DNA of 28,196 bases from Kiloniellaceae bacterium (GCA_041552375.1 JBFELD010000001.1:1-28196), one strand, 5' to 3'. Shown: positions 7,079 through 16,165, counted from the first letter of the stretch. Numbers and translations: made by a program. Notes: generated from the sequence alone by a model not told the origin.

Positions 7079-7955
7079 CGATTGGGGACCGCATAGAATG
7101 GGAGTAAGCCCTTGGTGGTCGACTTGGCGAGCCGCGGGAGTTTGGCTCGCCTTCCTCGCCTTGCTGCTGGCCGGGTGGGGAGTTCTTTTCGCCATGAGCA
7201 ACGAGTTCGCGGCGCGCGCGCCGGTCTCTCTGCTGGGGCCGGGCATGGGACTGCTCTCACCTCTATTCCCCGACGAGACGGGGCTCGGTGCGTTGGGCCT
7301 GTCGCTGGAGGCGATCTGTCTTTCCGGCCCCTCCGCCGGCGATGTGACCCTGCCGGCACTTTTCGCCATGTGGGCGCTCATGGCGTTGGCAATGATGGCG
7401 CCCACTGCCGCGCCCCTTCTGAAGACCTATGCGGACCTTGCTGCTGGGAATCCACAGCGGATCCCGCTGGCGGGATGGTGGTCGCTGTTGACCGGGTTCT
7501 GCCTGGTTTGGGTCGGATTCGCCGTCATCGCCGCGCTGGCTCATGCAAAAGCGGCCCAGGCCGATCTCATGACAGCGGGCGGATTGCTTGGCTCCGACTG
7601 GCTGGCGGCGGCTCTGCTCGCCCTTGCCGGTCTCTATCAGTTCAGCGCGCTGAAAGCGGCTTGCCTGTCGCGCTGCCGTTCGCCGATGACATTTTTTCTC
7701 ACCAACTGGCGCGGGGGGATGGCGGGGGCGCTGCACATGGGACTGCATCAGGGTCTGGCCTGCCTAGGCTGTTGTTGGGCGCTGATGGCGCTGGCTTTCG
7801 TCGGTGGGACCATGAACTTGGTGTGGATGGGGGTCGGCATGGTGCTGATGACGGTGGAGAAGCTGGCCGGTATTGGGCGTTACGTCACAGCGCCGCTTGG
7901 CGGAGCGCTGATCGCGGCCGCCACGTTGGTCGCTTGGCAGGCGGCGAGCATTTGA
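7068..7955 (+). CDS. DUF2182-family Cys/Met-rich integral membrane protein
   Basis: MWALMALAMMAP, YQFSALKAACLSRCRSP, GLACLGCCWALM, GGTMNLVWM motifs. Start uncertain (GTG 7068 or ATG 7098). Confidence 0.88.
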   Translation: MIINDWGPHRMGVSPWWSTWRAAGVWLAFLALLLAGWGVLFAMSNEFAARAPVSLLGPGMGLLSPLFPDETGLGALGLSLEAICLSGPSAGDVTLPALFAMWALMALAMMAPTAAPLLKTYADLAAGNPQRIPLAGWWSLLTGFCLVWVGFAVIAALAHAKAAQADLMTAGGLLGSDWLAAALLALAGLYQFSALKAACLSRCRSPMTFFLTNWRGGMAGALHMGLHQGLACLGCCWALMALAFVGGTMNLVWMGVGMVLMTVEKLAGIGRYVTAPLGGALIAAATLVAWQAASI

Positions 7956-7971
7956 GGAAAGGACGGATAAC

Positions 7972-8583
7972 ATGACGGAGCCCTGGCGGATCAAGGGAGA
8001 GTTGATCCTCAACTGCAACTGCACGGTCTTTTGTCCCTGCGTGGTCTCATTGGGCAAACATCCCCCGACGGAAGGCTATTGCCAGGCTTGGGCCGGCGTT
8101 CGCATCGACGAGGGCAAGGCCGGCGAGGTCGACCTCGGCGGACTTAACGTGGCCTTGCTGCTCGATATCCCGGGCTGGATGGGCCGTGGCAACTGGACCG
8201 TCGCCGCCTACATCGACGAACGCGCGAGCGATGCGGCCTTCGATAAGCTGGTCGAGATCTTCAGCGGTCAGGCCCGTGGAACCACAGGCCTTTTCTCGAT
8301 TCTGGTGAGCGACTTCCTGGGCGCCGAGCGGGCGCCGGTCATCTTCGAGAGCGAAGGCCGCCGGCGGCGCCTGACCGTGCCCAAGAAGATCGTGGGCGAG
8401 GTCGAGCCCATCGCCGGTGCCGCCCCGGAAGAGGAGGTCAAGGTGACCAATACCCAATACTGGATGGGCCCCGACATCACCATCGCTCAGGCCACGCAGT
8501 CGCGCGTGCGCGCCTTCGGCCGGGTCTGGGACTTCGCCGGCCGCAGCGCCGAGATCTGTCAAATCTCCTGGGCCGGGCCATGA
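7972..8583 (+). CDS. DUF1326-family protein
   Basis: W.IKGE...NCNCTVFCPC...PTEGYC...RIDEG...VDLGGL...YIDERAS motifs; strong RBS (GAGGAAAGGA); directly follows DUF2182. Confidence 0.9.
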   Translation: MTEPWRIKGELILNCNCTVFCPCVVSLGKHPPTEGYCQAWAGVRIDEGKAGEVDLGGLNVALLLDIPGWMGRGNWTVAAYIDERASDAAFDKLVEIFSGQARGTTGLFSILVSDFLGAERAPVIFESEGRRRRLTVPKKIVGEVEPIAGAAPEEEVKVTNTQYWMGPDITIAQATQSRVRAFGRVWDFAGRSAEICQISWAGP

Positions 8584-9773
8584 TGGAACACGCCGCTCCC
8601 TCGGCCTGTGAGACCTCCCCGCGACGTGACGAGACGGCGGGAGTCGAGACCGTGCCTACACCCGCCCTTGCCATCTCTCTCCGGACGGGCCGCACACCCT
8701 ACTCGCCGCGTGTCGAGGCCCAGGGCGTCAGGAGCTACACGGTCTATAACCACACGCTTCTGCCCGCGGTCTTTCGTTCCTTGGAGGAGGACTACCGGCA
8801 TCTCAAGCGGCACGTTCAGATCTGGGACGTGAGCTGCGAACAGCAGGTCGAAGTCCGGGGGGCTGAGGCGGCGCGGCTGGTACAGCTCATGACACCGCGC
8901 GACCTCTCTAAAGCGACCATCGGTCAGTGCCTCTACGCGCCCTTGGTCGACGAGGCCGGAGGCATGATCAACGATCCGGTCATCCTGAAGCTGACCGAGG
9001 ACCGGTTCTGGATTTCCATTTCCGACTCTGATGTCCTACTCTGGGCCAAGGGGCTGGCGGTCGGCCTCGGGCTGAACGTTGCCGTCGACCAGCCGGACAT
9101 CTGGCCGCTGGCGGTGCAGGGGCCCAAGTCCGACGACTTGCTGGCGGCCGTCTTCGGTGAGGACGTCCGTGCCATTCGCTTCTTTCGGTTTGCGACCGTC
9201 ACGTTTCGCGGCCACCCACTCGTGGTGGCACGGTCGGGCTTTAGCAAACAAGGTGGTTTCGAGATATTCGTCGACGATCCGGTAATTGGCTTGGAGCTCT
9301 GGGACGCGCTCTGGGACGCCGGTCAACCCTTCGACGTTCGCGCGGGCTGTCCGAACCTGATCGAGCGCGTTGAAGGAGGCCTCCTGTCCTACGGAAACGA
9401 CATGACGCGCGCGAACAATCCTCTCGAATGCGGCCTGGACCGCTACTGCGCTCTCGACGCGCCGATCGAGTTCATCGGCCGCGAGGCGCTGCGGCGCATC
9501 CGGGCGGAGGGTGTCGGGCGCCGGATCCGTGGTCTGCGGATCCAGGGCGCCCCCCTGCCCCTTTGCCAGGAACGCTGGCCGGTACGCGCCGGCGGCCTGG
9601 AGATCGGTCAGGTCACCTCCGTCGCCAACTCCCCCGATTTGGCATGCGGTATCGGGCTGGCCATGCTCGATCGCGGCCATTGGCGGCCGGGCGAGCCGGT
9701 CGAGGTGGCAACGCTGGACGGCACCCGATCGGCAAAGGTGACGGAGCTGCCCTTTACCCTCGATGGCCATTGA
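8580..9773 (+). CDS. dmdA: dimethylsulfoniopropionate demethylase DmdA (GcvT family)
   Basis: RTPYSPRVEAQGV.SYTVYNH.LLP.VF, HLKRHVQIWDV, DSDVL, QGPKS, RSG.SKQGGFEI, GCPNLIER.EGGLLSYGND match DmdA; clustered with dmdB and acuI. The start may be GTG 8652 (GGGAG RBS) rather than ATG 8580. Confidence 0.88.
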   Translation: MMEHAAPSACETSPRRDETAGVETVPTPALAISLRTGRTPYSPRVEAQGVRSYTVYNHTLLPAVFRSLEEDYRHLKRHVQIWDVSCEQQVEVRGAEAARLVQLMTPRDLSKATIGQCLYAPLVDEAGGMINDPVILKLTEDRFWISISDSDVLLWAKGLAVGLGLNVAVDQPDIWPLAVQGPKSDDLLAAVFGEDVRAIRFFRFATVTFRGHPLVVARSGFSKQGGFEIFVDDPVIGLELWDALWDAGQPFDVRAGCPNLIERVEGGLLSYGNDMTRANNPLECGLDRYCALDAPIEFIGREALRRIRAEGVGRRIRGLRIQGAPLPLCQERWPVRAGGLEIGQVTSVANSPDLACGIGLAMLDRGHWRPGEPVEVATLDGTRSAKVTELPFTLDGH

Positions 9774-9826
9774 GGTAACAGACCACACCGGCCCGATCGA
9801 AGGCGGAGTAAATTAGGAGGGAGACG

Positions 9827-11467
9827 ATGCCCGCAGATCCCTATGAGGAGGGGTTGGACAGGACGGCGGCCAACTTCGTGCCCCTCTCCCCTCTTTCTTT
9901 CATCACCCGCGCCAAGGATGTCTACCCGAACCATCCGGCGGTCATCTATGGCCCGCGCCGCTATAGTTGGAGCCAAGTCTACGAGCGCGCGGTCCGCCTC
10001 GCCGGTGCGCTGGCCAAGCGCGGCATCGGCAAAGGCGACACGGTCGCAATCATCGCCGCCAACACGCCGGAGCTGTTCGAGACTCATTTCGGCGTACCGA
10101 TGGCCGGCGCCGTCCTCAATACGATCAACACGCGCCTCGACCCGGACACCATCGCCTATATCCTGAAGCACGGCGACGCCAAGGTCTTGATCGCCGACGG
10201 ACAGTTCTCTCCCGCTGTCAAAGCCGCGCTGGACAGGCTCGACAAGCCGGATCCGCTGATCATCGACATCGTCGACGATCAGGCCGAGTTGCGTCCCGGC
10301 GAGGGGGAGCGGCTGGGCGCGCTCACCTACGAAGACCTGCTGACCGAAGGCGATCCCGAGCATGCCTGGAGCCTACCCGAGGACGAGTGGCAGGCACTGT
10401 CGCTCAACTACACCTCCGGCACCAGCGGGCGGCCCAAGGGTGTCGTCTATCATCATCGGGGCGCCTATCTGATGAGCTTCGGCACCGTGGTCGCCTGGAA
10501 CCTGCCCAACCATCCGACCTATCTCTATACGGTGCCGATGTTCCATTGTAACGGCTGGTGCCACGCTTGGACCCTGGCGGCGCTGGTGGGGACCGTCGTT
10601 TGCTGCCGCTACGTCAACGCCAAGAACATCTTCGAGGCCGTGGCCGAGCACCGCATCAGCCACTTCGGGGGCGCACCGATCGTGCTCGGCATGCTGATCA
10701 ACGCACCGAAGGAGGAGCGCCGATCCTTCGACCATCCTGTCAAAATCATCACCGCGGGCGCGCCGCCGCCGAGCGCGGTGCTGGAAAAGACCGAGCAACT
10801 CGGTTTCGAGGTCACGCAAGTCTATGGTCTGACCGAGACCCATGGCCACGTGGTCCATTGCGCCTGGCACCAAGAGTGGGACGACCTACCCTTCGCCGAG
10901 CGGGCGAAGATCAAGGCGCGCCAGGGCGTGCGCTTCCCGATCACCGAAGAGGTCAAGGTCATCGACACCGCCTCCGGCAAGGACGTGCCCCACGACGGCC
11001 AGTCCATGGGGGAGATCGTCATCCGCGGCAATGCGGTGATGAAAGGCTACTACAAACAGCCCGAAGCCACGCGGGACGCCTTCGCCGGCGGCCGCTTTCA
11101 TACGGGCGATCTCGCGGTCGTCCATCCAAGCAGCTATATCGAGATCAAGGATCGTCTGAAGGACGTCATCATCTCGGGCGGCGAAAACATCTCCTCGATC
11201 GAGATCGAGAGCGCTCTCTACAAGCACCCGGACGTCGCCGCGGCAGCGGTCGTCGCCAAGCCCGACGAGAAGTGGGGCGAGACGCCCTGCGCCTTCGTCG
11301 AGTTGAAACCCGGGCATCAGACCACGGAGGAGGAGCTCGTCGCCTTCTGCCGCCAGCACCTGGCCGGGTTCAAGACCCCCAAGCACGTGGTCTTCGGCGA
11401 CCTGCCCAAAACGGCGACGGGTAAGATCCAAAAATTCGTCCTGCGAGAGCAGGCGCAGTCCTTGTGA
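9827..11467 (+). CDS. dmdB: acyl-CoA synthetase, probable 3-methylmercaptopropionate-CoA ligase DmdB
   Basis: AMP-binding motifs YTSGTSGRPKG, YGLTET, TGDL, DRLKDVIISGGENI, PKTATGKI; N-terminus ANFVPLSPLSF resembles SAR11-type DmdB; directly downstream of dmdA. Confidence 0.78.
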   Translation: MPADPYEEGLDRTAANFVPLSPLSFITRAKDVYPNHPAVIYGPRRYSWSQVYERAVRLAGALAKRGIGKGDTVAIIAANTPELFETHFGVPMAGAVLNTINTRLDPDTIAYILKHGDAKVLIADGQFSPAVKAALDRLDKPDPLIIDIVDDQAELRPGEGERLGALTYEDLLTEGDPEHAWSLPEDEWQALSLNYTSGTSGRPKGVVYHHRGAYLMSFGTVVAWNLPNHPTYLYTVPMFHCNGWCHAWTLAALVGTVVCCRYVNAKNIFEAVAEHRISHFGGAPIVLGMLINAPKEERRSFDHPVKIITAGAPPPSAVLEKTEQLGFEVTQVYGLTETHGHVVHCAWHQEWDDLPFAERAKIKARQGVRFPITEEVKVIDTASGKDVPHDGQSMGEIVIRGNAVMKGYYKQPEATRDAFAGGRFHTGDLAVVHPSSYIEIKDRLKDVIISGGENISSIEIESALYKHPDVAAAAVVAKPDEKWGETPCAFVELKPGHQTTEEELVAFCRQHLAGFKTPKHVVFGDLPKTATGKIQKFVLREQAQSL

Positions 11468-11523
11468 ATGCGTAGCACGTTCTTGCGAGCCCAACCCATT
11501 CGAACCAGCGAGGAAGAGATCCC

Positions 11524-12519
11524 GTGACCTTCAAAGCCTTGATCGTGGACAAAAGCGAAGACGGGCCCGTCAGCCAGTCGGTCGTGGAGATCGGCGAGGA
11601 CCGGCTGCCCGCAGAGGGCAACGTCACCGTCGCCATCGAGTATTCGACCCTGAATTACAAGGATGGCCTGTGCCTGACCGGCGCCGGCGGATTGGTGCGG
11701 ACCTACCCGCATGTGCCCGGCATCGATTTCGCCGGCAGGGTCGAGATATCCGACGATCCGCGTTATCAGCCGGGTGACGCGGTGGTGCTCACCGGCTGGC
11801 GCGTCGGCGAGGCCTGGTGGGGCGGCTATGCCCAGAAAGCGCGGGTCAAGGCCGATTGGCTGGTGCCTTTGCCGGACGGTCTGTCGACCCAGCAGGCCAT
11901 GGCGGTCGGCACCGCGGGCTTCACCGCGATGCTCGCGATCATGGCGTTGGAAGAGCACGGCCTGGCGCCCGACCAAGGTGACGTGCTGGTGACCGGTGCC
12001 GCCGGCGGCGTCGGATCGGTGGCAACCGCGATCCTGGCGAACCTCGGCTACCAGGTCGCCGGCGTAACCGGCCGGCCGGAGGCGGCCGACTATCTGACGA
12101 GCCTCGGTGCGGCCACCATCGTCGCCCGCGACGAGTTGAGCGAGCCCTCGAAACGGCCCCTCGAGTCGGAGCGTTGGGCCGGCTGCGTCGACGCGGTCGG
12201 CGGCACCATGTTGGCGCGCGTGCTGGCGCAGCTGAAGTACGGTGGCTCCGTTGCGGCCGTGGGGCTCGCCGGGGGTGCGAAGCTCGAGGCCACGGTCATC
12301 CCCTTCCTGCTGCGGGGGGTCAATCTTCTGGGCATCGATTCGGTGATGCGGCCTTACGACAACCGCGTGACCGCTTGGCGGCGGATCGCCAGCGATCTAC
12401 CCATGGGCAAGCTCGAGGCCATGGTCCAGCCGGCGACGCTCGCCGACCTGCCCGATCTGGGCGCCGCCATCCTCAAAGGCCAGGTCAAGGGACGTGTCGT
12501 GGTCGACGTCAACGCCTGA
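11524..12519 (+). CDS. acuI: acryloyl-CoA reductase AcuI (YhdH, MDR family)
   Basis: YSTLNYKDGL, YPHVPGIDFAG, GWRVGE..WGGYAQKARV, AMAVGTAGFTAML, VTGAAGGVGS, PFLLRGVNLLGIDSV; GTG start with RBS. Confidence 0.93.
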   Translation: MTFKALIVDKSEDGPVSQSVVEIGEDRLPAEGNVTVAIEYSTLNYKDGLCLTGAGGLVRTYPHVPGIDFAGRVEISDDPRYQPGDAVVLTGWRVGEAWWGGYAQKARVKADWLVPLPDGLSTQQAMAVGTAGFTAMLAIMALEEHGLAPDQGDVLVTGAAGGVGSVATAILANLGYQVAGVTGRPEAADYLTSLGAATIVARDELSEPSKRPLESERWAGCVDAVGGTMLARVLAQLKYGGSVAAVGLAGGAKLEATVIPFLLRGVNLLGIDSVMRPYDNRVTAWRRIASDLPMGKLEAMVQPATLADLPDLGAAILKGQVKGRVVVDVNA

Positions 12520-12642
12520 CCTAGATCATGGTCGTGCACCTCTCCTAAAAGCAAACTGCGACCTCGGTCTAACGCCACCCTCGACGAACTCCAGTGGCGA
12601 GGGGAGGCTAAACGCGGTCAAGCTTGGGAAGGGGAGAGCGGC

Positions 12643-13368
12643 ATGTTCAGGCGAGACGTAAGATGGGGACTCTTGGTCGTTGCGGGAATGGGTATGGCCG
12701 TGAGCCTTGTCCTCACTGGCGCGGCGAGCGCAGCGGAGATGGAATCCTCCCTGGCCCGCGGCGGCAAGCTTTATGACAAGTGGTACGCGGTCATCAAAGC
12801 CGACAAGCCCACTGAAACACACCCACTTTATCCGGCCGAGGGGAAATACGCCGAAAAGCCGGCCTCCAACTGGCGTTGCAAGGAGTGCCACGGCTGGGAC
12901 TACATGGGCAAGGACGGAGCCTACGCGTCAGGCAAGCACGCAAGCGGCATCAAGGGCATCAACGGCATGAAAGGGGCCGACCCGAACGATGTGGTCGCTC
13001 TGCTCAAGGCCGAGGAGCACGGCTTCGCCGGAAAGCTCAACGACGGGGATATGATGGATCTGGCCAATTTCATCAGTCAGGGCCAAATCGACATGGACCC
13101 CTACATCGACCGGGCCTCGAAAGCACCCAAGGGCGATGCTGCCAAGGGGGCCGCCTACTACAATACCATCTGCGCCGGCTGCCATGGCATGGACGGCAAG
13201 CTGCCCAAGGAGATGAAGCCCTTCGGCGCGCAGATGGGAAATCCTTGGGAGGTCATGCACAAGATCCTGAACGGCCAGCCGGCTGAGGCCATGCCGGCCC
13301 TGCGCGCGCTCGACCGCCAGATCGTGGCCGACATCATGGCCCACATGACAACCCTGCCCAAGGAGTAG
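12643..13368 (+). CDS. periplasmic dihaem c-type cytochrome
   Basis: Signal peptide (..GAASA|A); haem motifs CKECH and CAGCH; WRCKECHGWDY.G.DGAY block; candidate Met ligand in GQPAEAMP. Confidence 0.85.
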   Translation: MFRRDVRWGLLVVAGMGMAVSLVLTGAASAAEMESSLARGGKLYDKWYAVIKADKPTETHPLYPAEGKYAEKPASNWRCKECHGWDYMGKDGAYASGKHASGIKGINGMKGADPNDVVALLKAEEHGFAGKLNDGDMMDLANFISQGQIDMDPYIDRASKAPKGDAAKGAAYYNTICAGCHGMDGKLPKEMKPFGAQMGNPWEVMHKILNGQPAEAMPALRALDRQIVADIMAHMTTLPKE

Positions 13369-13448
13369 CAACCCATCGTAAGGGCGGTGCGCCGGACGAC
13401 ATGCGGCTGGGTCGGGGCGGCGCCTTCGCCTGTCGCGGATCCTGGCCC

Positions 13449-14027
13449 ATGACCTTGTTCAAGCGACTATGGGGCTGGTTCCTCCGGCCGAGCCGGAAGA
13501 TCGGCGCGGGCATCATCTTTGTCGCCGGCGGCCTGGCCGGCATTGTCTTCTGGGGCGGTTTCAACACCTACGTCGAGTACACCAATACCCTTGAGTTCTG
13601 CGTCTCCTGCCACGAGATGCGCGACTTCGTCTATGAAGAGTATAAGCAATCCACGCACTTCATGAATGCATCGGGGGTTGGAGCGATCTGTTCCGACTGC
13701 CACGTGCCCAAGGATTGGACGGCGAAGATGGTGCGCAAGGTTCAAGCCACGAACGAGCTGTTCCACAAGGTCCTAGGCACGATCTCGACGAAGGAGAAGT
13801 TCGAGGCCAAGCGGCTAGAGCTCGCCGAGCACGTTTGGCAGACCATGATGGCGAACGACTCCCGCGAATGCCGAAACTGCCACAGCTACGAGTCCATGGA
13901 TTTCCACAAACAAGGACGACGCGCGCAGGAGAAGATGCAAGAAGGCCTGAAACAGGGAAAGACCTGCATCGAATGCCACAAGGGGGTCGCCCACAAATTG
14001 CCCGCCGATTACGATGACGATGACTGA
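13449..14027 (+). CDS. NapC/NirT-family membrane-anchored tetrahaem cytochrome c (quinol dehydrogenase)
   Basis: N-terminal TM helix; CVSCH, CSDCH, CRNCH, CIECH; FCVSCHEM and KGVAH motifs. ATG 13449 is preferred over 13401. Confidence 0.93.
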   Translation: MTLFKRLWGWFLRPSRKIGAGIIFVAGGLAGIVFWGGFNTYVEYTNTLEFCVSCHEMRDFVYEEYKQSTHFMNASGVGAICSDCHVPKDWTAKMVRKVQATNELFHKVLGTISTKEKFEAKRLELAEHVWQTMMANDSRECRNCHSYESMDFHKQGRRAQEKMQEGLKQGKTCIECHKGVAHKLPADYDDDD

Positions 14028-14057
14028 ACAGGTTTGCCGCCGTAGACCCGCGACAGC

Positions 14058-14966
14058 CTAAAATTCGCCCAGACCCAGAAGGCGGGCCTGAAGCTCTTCG
14101 ATGATCCTGGCCGTGCCATTCGCATTGAAATGGCAATCGTCGAACCTGTACCTCGCTCCCAGGAGGTCGGTATTCGGACCCAAGACCGCGCGCGCGTGCC
14201 GCTCCGTCACGGTCTTTTGGGCGGCGATGATTTGTGGCGACCCGTCGGGCGTACGCCGGCACACCGTCGCCTGAAAAACGATCCAAGTCGGCTCGTCGCC
14301 GGGATCGAACGATCGGTCGACCCGCTCGATCAAAGACAGGAGCATCGACGTGTAATCCTCCGGTGGTGTTTCGATCAACGCATCGGTCTCTCCTTGATGC
14401 CAGAGGACGAACTTCGGCATCAGACCCGCCGTGATGGCTTGCTCGATCTGTCGCTCGGCGCGCTCGAGATAGCCGCTTTCCGGATCCAGCCAATCGCCGA
14501 CGCCCGAGCCTTCGACCGCACTGGTGATGAACACAACGCCGCGCCCCGTCGCGTCGCTGAAGCTTTGCGAGAACTCCGTCCAGAGAGATCCGCGAAACCC
14601 CGTCGATCCGATCATGGGGTCCTCCACCAAATAACATTTGCCGTCGTAGAACTGGTAGGCGGCAGCGGTGGGGTCGAGGTCGCCGAAGGATGAGAGGGAA
14701 TTGGCCGCGTTGGACTGCCCTAACGCCACGAAGGTAATCGGGCCCTCGCTGGGACATGCGGTCTCACGGCGATCCGCCGTGCTTGTGAGAAATCGCTCCG
14801 CCGGCCGGTACCAGTTTTTCTCCGGATCCTGAGGCAGAAGCTCCAATACATAGGATTTCGCTTCCTGCAAAACCGAAAAGGGAAATATCTGATAGTACCC
14901 CGATGCAATCCCCCAAGAAAAACCAACCAAAAAACAAACCAATAGAGCTGAAATAATTTTGTACAT
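14058..14966 (-). CDS. SASA/sialate O-acetylesterase-like SGNH hydrolase
   Basis: GQSN (catalytic Ser), WHQGETD, DDCH (DxxH); N-terminal hydrophobic anchor. Confidence 0.85.
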   Translation of the reverse strand: MYKIISALLVCFLVGFSWGIASGYYQIFPFSVLQEAKSYVLELLPQDPEKNWYRPAERFLTSTADRRETACPSEGPITFVALGQSNAANSLSSFGDLDPTAAAYQFYDGKCYLVEDPMIGSTGFRGSLWTEFSQSFSDATGRGVVFITSAVEGSGVGDWLDPESGYLERAERQIEQAITAGLMPKFVLWHQGETDALIETPPEDYTSMLLSLIERVDRSFDPGDEPTWIVFQATVCRRTPDGSPQIIAAQKTVTERHARAVLGPNTDLLGARYRFDDCHFNANGTARIIEELQARLLGLGEF

Positions 14967-15054
14967 GGTCTATCTAAGGTCCATATAATAATGTATCGAA
15001 TTCAATGTATATATTATCGTCAATGAGAACAAAATAATTTTTAAAGAGGAGACC

Positions 15055-16161
15055 ATGCGTCGAGTTCTGATCACCGCGGCCATCGTATTGGGCGCGCCTT
15101 GGGCATTGCTCTTCGCCACACTTTTGCTTCTCTCACTGGGCGGTGACGTCGTGACCTTGGCCAAGATGGTGGTGCGCGAGGGCGACAAGAAGGAGCGGCA
15201 CACGCTTCCGGCCTATGATGACGTGCAGCTCGCCAAGCAGATCTTCAGCGATGCCAAGAAAACGGTGGAGCTCTATGCGCCCTTCGTCGGCTGGCAACGC
15301 GACGCCCTGACCAGCCGGACCGTCAACATCGATGCCAACGGCTTGCGTCAACACCGACTGGGCCGGAACAACTTGCCGAATAGCACGACCGTCGGGTTCT
15401 TCGGCGGCTCCCTGGTTTGGAGCACCGGCGCCGAGGATGACGGCACCGTCCCCGCCCTCTTCGACCAGATGACCGACCGCTTCGAGGTGATCAACTACGG
15501 CCAGGGCGGTTGGACCAGCCGTCAGAGCTTGGCCCTTCTAATCAATTTGATCCGCGAGGATAGGATGCCCGATGTCGTGGTGTTCTATGGCGGTGCCGCA
15601 AACACCGTCGATGTCGCCTGCAACCTGTCCTATGGTCTAGGTCTTAGCAACCACCGACGGGTTCCCCCCTTCGACCGTTTGGTCGCTGACGCGGCGAACT
15701 TGAGCTATCTCTACCGCAACTTTTGGGCACCTTTCGGCGATACGCTCCGGCGGGTTCTGGGGCGGGACAAACCTGAGCCGGAGCGCGTGTGCCACGAAGA
15801 CCCACGCCGCGTGGCTGTTATCGCCGAGGCGTTGATGCGCGATTGGGAGATGGCCAAGCTGTTGACGGAGCAGCACGGTGGTCGCTTTTTCACCTTCCTG
15901 CCGCCGGTGGCGGGGGTGGGCGCGCCACGCCTCGATCACTTGACCCTGGACCAAGAACGTCTCGCACAGTTCGCGCCGGTCTACCGGGAGATCCGCCGGC
16001 TGATGGCGGCGCGTGCGGCGAGCTGGGGCTGGGACCTCACTGACGCCTTCGATGGCGACGCCTATATTTACGTGGACTACGCCCACGTCACGTCGACCGG
16101 AAATACACTCATCGCTCAGCGCATGCGTCAAGTCATCGAATCGGCCGTGCCGACGCGCTAG
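15055..16161 (+). CDS. SGNH/GDSL-like hydrolase family protein
   Basis: FFGGSLVWSTG block I, NYGQGG block II, DYAH block V; N-terminal TM segment; AAAGAGGAG RBS. Confidence 0.8.
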   Translation: MRRVLITAAIVLGAPWALLFATLLLLSLGGDVVTLAKMVVREGDKKERHTLPAYDDVQLAKQIFSDAKKTVELYAPFVGWQRDALTSRTVNIDANGLRQHRLGRNNLPNSTTVGFFGGSLVWSTGAEDDGTVPALFDQMTDRFEVINYGQGGWTSRQSLALLINLIREDRMPDVVVFYGGAANTVDVACNLSYGLGLSNHRRVPPFDRLVADAANLSYLYRNFWAPFGDTLRRVLGRDKPEPERVCHEDPRRVAVIAEALMRDWEMAKLLTEQHGGRFFTFLPPVAGVGAPRLDHLTLDQERLAQFAPVYREIRRLMAARAASWGWDLTDAFDGDAYIYVDYAHVTSTGNTLIAQRMRQVIESAVPTR

Positions 16162-16165
16162 AGCC

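Noticed and set aside
12540-12640. Alternative hairpins and anti-SD pairing upstream of the dihaem cytochrome
   Set aside because: Only 6-bp complementarities (CGCCAC/GTGGCG, CCCTCG/CGAGGG, CTCTCC/GGAGAG), which are expected by chance at this GC content.
13449-14027. Calling this napC of a nitrate reductase operon
   Set aside because: No napA, napB or napD in the window; only family-level assignment is justified.
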